Shown: piece by piece, positions 40,572 through 48,660 of the stretch
How the letters are laid out: every line of letters begins with the position of its first letter
Position numbering within the stretch: position 1 is the first letter of the stretch
NCBI GenBank assembly: GCA_963796105.1
Contig: CAWCKJ010000004.1
Span: 192,001-256,000 of the forward strand
Direction: 5' to 3'
Source: a candidate division FCPU426 bacterium
GTDB taxonomy: Bacteria > Oederibacteriota > Muellerivitia > Muellerivitales > Muellerivitaceae
DNA: 64,000 bases
The notes under the pieces: model-generated
Told to the model about the DNA's origin: nothing
Databases searched by the model: none
Seen by the model: only the letters and a program-made list of their open reading frames with translations
Made by a program: the position numbers and the translations under genes

Positions 40572-43500
40572 TTATTGGAAATTACCCACCCCGTTTTGAA
40601 TCACACCGATGATTTGCCATTGATTCATGGTCACATACAAACTGCCCGAAGGATCAAAAGCGATGTAATAGGGATATTGGAATCCGCCGGGGCTAACAGC
40701 CTGCAGGAAATTACCGGAAGTATCCGTATTATCCAAGACGGCATTTCCAAAGTCGCAAATGATCAGGTTTCCCGCCTGATCCACCCCGATACCGGTTGGG
40801 GCAGTCAATGGCGTCGGCCATGAGGATCCATTGAAAGAGTTTTGTACCGTCAAAGTCGCGGTGTCGTACTGGTAAACCCAGTCGTTCACCGGATCAGTAG
40901 CGTAAACATTAGTCCCGGTTGAATCCACCGCCACTCCCATCGGCACCAAGCCGCCGGTGTTAGAACAGAGGGTGGTCAAGGTATCGGTTGTTGGGTCGAT
41001 TTTGGCGACGTAACCGCCTTGATAGTCAGCGACATACAGATTCCCCGACCCATCCAATTTGACGTCATAGGGCGCTTGAATATAAGTCACTGAATTGTTG
41101 TTGGAACCCCAGAACATATTTTCCAAAGCGCCTGTGGAGGTATTAAACTCCATAATTTCCCCATTCCCATTTCCGTAATCCGCCGCGAAAAGATTTCCGT
41201 TGTTATCCACGGCCAATCCGAGGGGCGTTGGCGAGTTCCCCCAAGGATTGGGATTGGGCGGCGTAATATCATAAAGATAATCGCCGTTAAAGTCGTATAC
41301 GTGGATAAGGCCGTAACATGGGTCGGAAGTGTAAACATTTCCATTGTTGTCCACCGCCACACCCACAGGACAAGACGCGTTGAAAGACCAAATGCTGTTG
41401 TTGGTAATAATAGGCGTAGGGGTGGGAGTCGGCGGGCAGACACTGTAAACAAAACGCACGTTGTCGATATAGAGGTTCCCTGTTCCGGAACCATCGGTGT
41501 TGAAAATCAAAAGGAGGTCGGTGACTTGGGCCGGGGCACCGCTCACGGTAAAGGTCACGGTTTGAGAACCCGCTGTGATATCTATATTTCCCGTGATTGG
41601 CGTCCACGAGCTGGGATTCGCGATAAGAGCTAGTTGGTTATATGCCCCCGCACCCGTTTGAATCAAATTCGAATCCACCGTTACGTCCATTAAAATTTGG
41701 GTCACATTGGTGAAATCACTCTGGGTAAACCCACTCCAGTCCACCAATTGGTTCGAATTATTATTAACCGTGATATCAATATCCAGGGCATTAATACCGT
41801 CTGTTGCGCCAGTAGTGGTTTGAGAAAGGGTTGGATTGTCTGAATCTGGGGCTAAGCTCCCATTTTCAGTGGTGTAAGGATTCGTTCCCGTGAAAGTCTC
41901 GAAGCTGTTTACCAGTTGAGTGCATGCGCCCGCGGGCACCGTCGGGGTGAAGGTCAAGGGCGGTGTCACCGTCAAAACCGGCGGTTTATTGGGTGTCGAT
42001 GTGGAAGTCACCGTGGGCGTCGCGGTTGCCGCAGGCGCAGTGATGACCAAGCGGTAATCCCCGCTCGGCTCATCCAACCAGTTGTCGATGACCACCACCG
42101 TGTATTGTTGAACAGTCAAGTCCACCGCCAATTGGTCCAAGGGATCGTTCCCATTCGAGGTCGCGATCAAATTATTGCCCGCGTCCCAAAGGGTGTATTG
42201 AGCTTGAACCTTATTCGTCGTGTCATCGAAACAGTCCAGCGAGATCACGTAGGATCCCGCCGTCCCCGGGGTGAAGGTCCATGTGTTTGTTTCCTCGAAA
42301 TTCACGTCCACATGGCCCGTCCCGACGGCGTCCACCGTCACAGTCCCCAAGTCCGTCGAGCCGCTGGGGCTTCCCAAGGGAATGGGAGCCGCCACGGGTG
42401 TCAGGGAGCAAGTGGGGCTGTAAGTACTCAGGCACAAGTTATAGGCTCCAAAATTACCCGCCCCAGTGCCATCCACGATGATGTAATAAATCCCAGGTTG
42501 AAGGACTCCTGTCACAAATGATGGTGAACCATCGCCACAGGAAGCGGAAGTTTGGTCGAAATTGATGGTGGTGGAGGGATCAGCCGGATTGGTCCTCATA
42601 TAAAGCACCGAACCCCAATTGGCCCCGCAGAGACTGATATAAAGGTTGGTGGGTTGGGTCAAGTTGATCAAGTAAGCGGTGTCGGGCGCTCCCTGCCCGT
42701 ATGTGTCAGCGCCTATCGTTTCGCTGTAGGTGTCTCCAAGTCCGGTGGTATCTCCCGATACGCAGGTCCCGTCGATGCTGGAAGTGATATCCGTGATTCC
42801 TGGAACCGGCGTTTCGGTCACAGTCGGGGTATTCGTGGCTTGGGCCGGGGCTTGGATAACAAGCCTATAATCCCCGCTCGGGGCCCCTTGCGAGAAAGCG
42901 TAAACCACCACGGTGTATTGCTGTTGCGTCAGGTCCACCGTCAATTGATCCAAGGGCGTGTTCCCGTTTGAGCTTGCCACCTGATTACTTCCCGAATCGA
43001 AAAGGTCGTAAGCGACTCTCGCCTTGCCCGAGTCGTTCCCGTCGTCGAAGCAATCCAGTGAGATCACATAGGAACCCGCCGCCGCCGGGGTGAAGGTCCA
43101 GCTGTTGTTGTACTCGAAATCCCAATCCACGTGGCCGGTTCCTACCGCGTCAACTGACACCGTTCCCAAGTCGGTGGTTCCGCTCGGGCTTCCCAGAGCG
43201 ATGGGCGCCGCAATCGGGGTTAAGGAGCAAGTGGGATTGAAAGTATTAAGGCAAAGCGTGAAGGGTCCATAGTCGCCTGGCCCGTAACCATCGACAATCA
43301 CGTAATAAGTGCCGGGTTGAAGAATCCCGGTCACAAAAGAGGAAGAGCCGGGAGGATTTGTTTTTTGGCAGTAATCAGAATCATCGTCCAGGGCCAGCGT
43401 GGTATTGGGGTCGGAGGGATTGGTTCGCAGGTATAACACGGAATCGAAAGTCGCCCCGCAAAGGTTGATGAAGAGGTTCGTGGGCTGGGTAAGATTGAAT

Positions 43501-44531
43501 GAGTAGACGATGTCAGGGGCCCCAGCGCCGTAATTATAACTCGTGTTGTTCGGTCCGGTGATCTGCTCGCTGTAGCTGTCCGACGAGCTGGTGGTGTCCC
43601 CCGATACGCAAGAACCATTGATATTAGAAGTAATGTCCGTGACGGTGGTGGACGTGGGTGTCGGGGCCGCCGCAAGTGTAATCGTTACGTCGTCGATCCA
43701 TATTGTCATTGGAGCCGTGGTAGAAACCTGAATACCCAATTGCTGGATATTAGTAGCCAATACAGGGTTCATTGTGTAGGTCACTTGAGTCCAATTGGAG
43801 GTAAGCGGGGAGGTCCAAGCGCCATTGTCCCAAGAATAGCCGCTGCTTGCGTTGAAAACCTGGAGAGATGTTGTTGAGCCAGTACCGGAAATCACCTTGT
43901 AATAAAAACTAATGGTGCTTCCGGCTGGAATCGTGGCGGGAGCATTAGAGAAATCCAAACCAATATTAGCCGACCCTGATGCCGGGAGAATGACCTCCAA
44001 GGAACCGGATGCGCTATGGAAATTCGTCGTATCTAACTGGACAGTGGTACCTGTTGGAGCTCCCCAAGCGGACCAACATTGGATGCTTGTATCGAATGTA
44101 TAAGACGCCAGCAAACTCGGAGCGTTACAAGCCGTGGAGGTCGAAGTCGGAGTATTGTTGAACGTGTTTGTGGGGGAAGGCGTCTGGGTGAGGGTACTGG
44201 TCAGGGTTTGCGTATTCGTCGGGGATTGGGTCCCGGTCGTCGTGTTCGTCGGGGTCGAAGTCACTGTGTTGGTGGATGTAGAACTTGGAGTCGGGGTTGA
44301 GGTCGAAGTATTCGTGGGACTGCTAGTCTGCGTCACTGTCGGCGTGGGTGTATTGCTCTGTGTGCCAGTACTAGTCGGGGTAGAGGACAAACCAAAAGTG
44401 GCGGTGGCGGTCGCGTAAATAAGGGGCAAAGAGGGGGTGACGCTCATGTTTCTAGTGCATCCAAAGAACAACGTTGCGATTGCGGCCCCAGTTAAGGCCA
44501 TCAAACCCATTCGTTTTTGCGGATATCCCAT
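40572..44531 (-). CDS. Large modular lipoprotein: Thr/Pro stalk, CBM-like domains, two PPC-like domain pairs, C-terminal NHL beta-propeller
   Basis: FGCTRNMSV lipobox; repeated P.G.AVD..GN.Y..D NHL units; start set at ATG 44531. Confidence 0.75.
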   Translation of the reverse strand: MGYPQKRMGLMALTGAAIATLFFGCTRNMSVTPSLPLIYATATATFGLSSTPTSTGTQSNTPTPTVTQTSSPTNTSTSTPTPSSTSTNTVTSTPTNTTTGTQSPTNTQTLTSTLTQTPSPTNTFNNTPTSTSTACNAPSLLASYTFDTSIQCWSAWGAPTGTTVQLDTTNFHSASGSLEVILPASGSANIGLDFSNAPATIPAGSTISFYYKVISGTGSTTSLQVFNASSGYSWDNGAWTSPLTSNWTQVTYTMNPVLATNIQQLGIQVSTTAPMTIWIDDVTITLAAAPTPTSTTVTDITSNINGSCVSGDTTSSSDSYSEQITGPNNTSYNYGAGAPDIVYSFNLTQPTNLFINLCGATFDSVLYLRTNPSDPNTTLALDDDSDYCQKTNPPGSSSFVTGILQPGTYYVIVDGYGPGDYGPFTLCLNTFNPTCSLTPIAAPIALGSPSGTTDLGTVSVDAVGTGHVDWDFEYNNSWTFTPAAAGSYVISLDCFDDGNDSGKARVAYDLFDSGSNQVASSNGNTPLDQLTVDLTQQQYTVVVYAFSQGAPSGDYRLVIQAPAQATNTPTVTETPVPGITDITSSIDGTCVSGDTTGLGDTYSETIGADTYGQGAPDTAYLINLTQPTNLYISLCGANWGSVLYMRTNPADPSTTINFDQTSASCGDGSPSFVTGVLQPGIYYIIVDGTGAGNFGAYNLCLSTYSPTCSLTPVAAPIPLGSPSGSTDLGTVTVDAVGTGHVDVNFEETNTWTFTPGTAGSYVISLDCFDDTTNKVQAQYTLWDAGNNLIATSNGNDPLDQLAVDLTVQQYTVVVIDNWLDEPSGDYRLVITAPAATATPTVTSTSTPNKPPVLTVTPPLTFTPTVPAGACTQLVNSFETFTGTNPYTTENGSLAPDSDNPTLSQTTTGATDGINALDIDITVNNNSNQLVDWSGFTQSDFTNVTQILMDVTVDSNLIQTGAGAYNQLALIANPSSWTPITGNIDITAGSQTVTFTVSGAPAQVTDLLLIFNTDGSGTGNLYIDNVRFVYSVCPPTPTPTPIITNNSIWSFNASCPVGVAVDNNGNVYTSDPCYGLIHVYDFNGDYLYDITPPNPNPWGNSPTPLGLAVDNNGNLFAADYGNGNGEIMEFNTSTGALENMFWGSNNNSVTYIQAPYDVKLDGSGNLYVADYQGGYVAKIDPTTDTLTTLCSNTGGLVPMGVAVDSTGTNVYATDPVNDWVYQYDTATLTVQNSFNGSSWPTPLTAPTGIGVDQAGNLIICDFGNAVLDNTDTSGNFLQAVSPGGFQYPYYIAFDPSGSLYVTMNQWQIIGVIQNGVGNFQ

Positions 44532-44583
44532 AAAATTTACCCCTTTGGCCTTGGATGAATAATGATTTTTAAACGCTAGGAAA

Positions 44584-44597
44584 AAATGATACCACAA
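44584..44597 (-). promoter_or_regulatory. Conserved extended -10 element TTGTGGTATCATTT (copy 3)
   Basis: Identical 14-mer 52 bp upstream of ATG 44531. Confidence 0.7.
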
Positions 44598-44889
44598 AAG
44601 CCATATTATTCGGCCTTGAATGCTGAAAAAGTCCCTGTAACAAAATTTTCCTCATAGTCGGCATCCAAATCTGCCTGTCACTGGGTTAAACGATAGTGTT
44701 AAGGCCTAACGGAAAAACAATGGAAAACAAATAATGAACAATGAACAATAAAACAGCTGTAACCGCCATGTGGAAGGTGTTGCCAAAGTGCTGATATATG
44801 CCGAGATTTCCGCCGATGGGGGGTGTTTTCCGTTAAAATCACATCTAGTTTTTTCCCAGACTTCTTTAATAAACGGCAAAAGGCCACCC

Positions 44890-47661
44890 ATGTTCCCCAT
44901 AAAATCCCTTTATTTTCTTCTCATCGTCGTGACGCTGCCCATCACCGGCTGGGCGGCAAAAACCCAAAATCGGGAACGCGTCCGCTTCGATGCAGGTTGG
45001 AAATTCCATTTGGGCGCTGTGCCCGGCTCGGATATTTACGCCGGAGTGAAGATCCCCTCCTGGCGCTATAAACCCGCAGGTAAAACCAAACCCACCGATG
45101 AAAAACCCGCCGCTCTGGGAGTTTCCACTAACGGCTCGGACTGGCAGGACGTCCAAAATGGACAGGACCTCTTCAACCACCAACCCGGATTTGCCTGGGT
45201 CATAGCCCCCCTGAACGATTTCCCCGGCCCTCACCGAATACTCCACTTTGCGGGAGTGGACGATAACGGCACGGTTTGGGTGAACGGGACGAAAATGACC
45301 TACCACGAGGGTTGGAACGATCCCTTCGACATTGACTTGGACAGTGTCTGGAAGGAAGGCGGCCCTAACGAGGTGACGGTGCTGGTGGAAAACACTTACG
45401 GCGAGGGCAACATCAAGGAGGCCGACCTGATCACCATGGGTCGAGAGGAGCCGGTACCCCCGGCGGCCTTGGCGGCCTTTGACGACAAGGATTGGAAGGA
45501 TGTCCACCTTCCCCACGATTTCGTGGTGGAGGGCCCCTTCAGCCCCTCGGCCGACGGAAGCCACGGCTTCCTGCCGAAGGATATCGGCTGGTACCGCAAA
45601 ACATTCACCATTCCCCTTTCGGACAAGGGCAGGAGCCTTTGGATCGACTTCGACGGCGTCTACCGCGACAGCCGGGTCTGGCTCAACGGGAAGCTTTTGG
45701 GAAAACACGCGAGCGGCTACACCAGCTTCCGCTACGACATCACCGGGGCGGTCAAATACGGCGGAAAAAATACCCTTGCCGTTTACACGGACGCCCGCAA
45801 CACCGAGGGCTGGTGGTACGAGGGCGGCGGAATCTACCGCCATGTCTGGCTCAACAAGGCCGGCCCCCTTCACGTCGAGCCCTGGGGAGTCTATGTGATA
45901 TCCACCCCCGACCAGGAATCAGATCCCTCCAAGGCCGTCCTTGAAATCCAAACCCAATTGGACAACCAATCGAGATCTTCCGAATCCTGCCTACTGGTGT
46001 CGGAGATCCTCGACCAGGATGGAAAATCCATTCTTACCCTGGATGAGGGCGTCACGGTTCCCCAAAATGGAACAGGGGCCGTCACCCAAAAGGGCGAGAT
46101 TCCCCATCCGGCTCTTTGGTCCCCCGACAGTCCCGCCCTCTATAACCTAGTCACTCGACTGGAAAAAGCCGGGAAGGTTGTGGACCAGGTTGCAAACCGG
46201 TTCGGGGTGCGCACCGCGCGGTTCGACAAGGACCTCGGGTTTTTCCTCAATGGGAAGCCCCTTAAATTGAAGGGCACCTGCAACCACCAGGATTTCGCCG
46301 GCATCGGCACAGCCATCCCCGACCGGGTGTTCGCCTACCGGGTCCAAAGGCTCAAGGATATGGGCTCCAACGCCTACCGCTGTTCCCACAATCCCCCCGC
46401 CGCAGAGCTTCTGGACGAGTGCGACCGGCAGGGATTGCTCGTCATGGACGAGAACAGGCGCTTGGGCGACGACCCCGAGATCCTTTCCCAGGTGGACAGC
46501 ATGGTCCTCAGGGACAGGAACCATCCCAGTGTCATCCTTTGGTCCCTTTGCAACGAGGAATCCCTCCAGGGTTCCGAAACAGGAAAGCTCCGGGGCGAGG
46601 CCATGAAAAAAGATATCCTGGGATACGACAAGACCCGCCTCATCACCTGCGCCATGAACGACGGCTGGGGGTCCGGGCTTTCCGGCGTGGTGGACCTCCA
46701 GGGCTTCAACTACCACCCTATCAAGTACGACAGCTACCATAATTCCCACCCGGGCATCCCCCTTTTCGGGAGCGAGACAGCCAGCACGATTTCCGACAGG
46801 GGCGTCTACCAGAACAGCAAGGACCAGGGTTACGTGAGCGCCTACGACAAGAATTTCCCGGATTGGGCCCAGACCGCCGAGGACGCCTGGGAGCCCTTGG
46901 CAAAAAAACCCTTCATGGCCGGGGGATTCGTCTGGACGGGCTTCGACTACCGCGGGGAGCCAACCCCCTACTGGTGGCCCTGCGTGAACTCCCACTTCGG
47001 CATCATGGACATGTGCGGATTTCCCAAGGACAACTTCTACTATTACCAGGCCTGGTGGGGGGACAAACCCCTGGTTCATCTTCTTCCCCATTGGAACTGG
47101 CCGGGCAAGGAAAAAGAGCCGATCGAAGTTTGGTGTTACGGCAATTGCGGCAAGGTGGAGCTTTTCCTGAACGGCAAAAGTTTGGGTGAGAAGGATATGC
47201 CCAAATGGGGCCACCTGGAATGGAAAGTCCCCTATCAAGAGGGGACTTTGAGCGCGGTAGGTTCCATTGGCGGGAAAAAAGCCGCTGAGGACCGGGTGGA
47301 AACGACCGGTATCCCGGCCTCCCTCAAACTGGAGCCTTTCGGAAACGAGATGCTGGCCGACGGCGAGGATGAAATTCCGGTCAAGGTCTCCATCCTGGAC
47401 GAGAAAGGCCGGGTGGTTCCCACAGCGGACAACGAGGTGGTCTTCCGCCTCGAGGGACCCGGCTCCATCGCGGGCGTGGCCAACGGCGATCCCTCCAGCC
47501 ACGAACCGGATAAGGGCGGGCAAAGGCGGGCATTCAACGGGCATTGCATGGCGGTCCTCCGCTCGGGAGAGACTCCCGGCGAGGTGGTCCTGATAGCGGA
47601 GTCCAAGGATTTGAAAAGCTCTTCAGTGACCATCCGGTCCTTTAACCCCGTAAGCAGGTAA
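44890..47661 (+). CDS. GH2 beta-galactosidase with signal peptide
   Basis: Same GH2 motif set as the 19719 gene; N-terminal MFPIKSLYFLLIVVTLPITGWA signal. Confidence 0.9.
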   Translation: MFPIKSLYFLLIVVTLPITGWAAKTQNRERVRFDAGWKFHLGAVPGSDIYAGVKIPSWRYKPAGKTKPTDEKPAALGVSTNGSDWQDVQNGQDLFNHQPGFAWVIAPLNDFPGPHRILHFAGVDDNGTVWVNGTKMTYHEGWNDPFDIDLDSVWKEGGPNEVTVLVENTYGEGNIKEADLITMGREEPVPPAALAAFDDKDWKDVHLPHDFVVEGPFSPSADGSHGFLPKDIGWYRKTFTIPLSDKGRSLWIDFDGVYRDSRVWLNGKLLGKHASGYTSFRYDITGAVKYGGKNTLAVYTDARNTEGWWYEGGGIYRHVWLNKAGPLHVEPWGVYVISTPDQESDPSKAVLEIQTQLDNQSRSSESCLLVSEILDQDGKSILTLDEGVTVPQNGTGAVTQKGEIPHPALWSPDSPALYNLVTRLEKAGKVVDQVANRFGVRTARFDKDLGFFLNGKPLKLKGTCNHQDFAGIGTAIPDRVFAYRVQRLKDMGSNAYRCSHNPPAAELLDECDRQGLLVMDENRRLGDDPEILSQVDSMVLRDRNHPSVILWSLCNEESLQGSETGKLRGEAMKKDILGYDKTRLITCAMNDGWGSGLSGVVDLQGFNYHPIKYDSYHNSHPGIPLFGSETASTISDRGVYQNSKDQGYVSAYDKNFPDWAQTAEDAWEPLAKKPFMAGGFVWTGFDYRGEPTPYWWPCVNSHFGIMDMCGFPKDNFYYYQAWWGDKPLVHLLPHWNWPGKEKEPIEVWCYGNCGKVELFLNGKSLGEKDMPKWGHLEWKVPYQEGTLSAVGSIGGKKAAEDRVETTGIPASLKLEPFGNEMLADGEDEIPVKVSILDEKGRVVPTADNEVVFRLEGPGSIAGVANGDPSSHEPDKGGQRRAFNGHCMAVLRSGETPGEVVLIAESKDLKSSSVTIRSFNPVSR

Positions 47662-47827
47662 TGGCCTTTATTTAACGAGCCCGAAAAGGGCCGATACCCC
47701 TTTGAACCGGCTTTGTGGATTTAGGTTTAGGCTTCGGGTAAAATAAATAGGTTGTTTTGGCTTGCCTAGGTAACCGCGGATCAGTGGGTCCTTCTTCGCT
47801 TAGGCCGGCAAATTTCAGGAGGACATC

Positions 47828-48232
47828 ATGGGGAACCGTTTCGGCCGTGGTTTGTTAAATTCAATGGTTTTCATTCTGGGTTTCGCCGTCATCCTAACCC
47901 CCCTCCTATTCCTGAACGGCTGCGGCAACGGCCCAGGGGCGCCTATTCAACAGGAAAACGAACAGTTGATCATCACTTTCGTGAACCCTTTTTCGGGGGG
48001 GGTGTCTGGAGAGGTAGGCAACAGTTACAACGGGTCCAATATGAACCTAACCTTCATGAGCCCCGGCGCCTCCAGCGTCACATCCATGGGATTGTCGGTT
48101 TATCCAGGTTCCATCGGGCAGTTTGCCGCGACTTTTAGCGGACCTGTCACTTTCAACTACACCCTGGGTTCGGCTTCCGTCACGGGCTGTGTCGCGAACC
48201 CCACTTACTTGAGCGCGACCGTAAAGTTCTGA
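47828..48232 (+). CDS. Small hypothetical lipoprotein
   Basis: AGGAGG RBS, lipobox LNGC, beta-rich mature part. Confidence 0.65.
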   Translation: MGNRFGRGLLNSMVFILGFAVILTPLLFLNGCGNGPGAPIQQENEQLIITFVNPFSGGVSGEVGNSYNGSNMNLTFMSPGASSVTSMGLSVYPGSIGQFAATFSGPVTFNYTLGSASVTGCVANPTYLSATVKF

Positions 48233-48306
48233 GACCTTAAATATCCCAAAGGCGTTATTCCCCATAACCTATTATTCACCATCGCACCTGTCCAAAATAG
48301 ACTTTA

Positions 48307-48478
48307 GCCACAGATGTGCCAATCTGCCATAAAACATATATGGAGATTGGTACGATACCAGCCCCCTTGAAAAGCCTTATGGGAGGGCTGGCATGCATGG
48401 GATACACGGGATTTAAAAAACATAAGCTTAAAGCCTTTTTTCTATACTCCATCCAAGTGCATCCCCTGAATCCGTGGC
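48307..48478. repeat. Structured intergenic repeat element (about 170 bp, multi-stem)
   Basis: Terminal gccacagat/atccgtggc; internal stems match 58793-58961. Confidence 0.7.
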
Positions 48479-48660
48479 AAAGGACTTGGTTTTGCATAAC
48501 GCCTTTTTGAATTTAAAAATCTGATTATTTATCTTTGTTTCTTGGTTTGTGTCTAATTTGGACGGCAATGATTCCCCATAAAGTTTTAATTTTTTCTGGC
48601 GGGTGCGGCCCCAAGGTTGTAGATTCTGTATCTGTTTATTTATTCCCTGGAGGCCTCTCA

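Noticed and set aside
36877..43645. Diversity-generating retroelement template/variable repeats
   Set aside because: No reverse transcriptase, both copies lie within coding sequence, and the differences do not look adenine-specific
34268..44531. Cellulosomal scaffoldins
   Set aside because: No cohesin pattern recognised, and no dockerin repeats in any enzyme of the window
44712..44755. Degenerate heptamer repeats (ATGAACA) in the divergent intergenic region
   Set aside because: Only two exact units in AT-rich sequence; too weak to call
47665..47815. Possible riboswitch (c-di-GMP-like) upstream of the small lipoprotein
   Set aside because: Only fragmentary resemblance, on the wrong strand, without the conserved core
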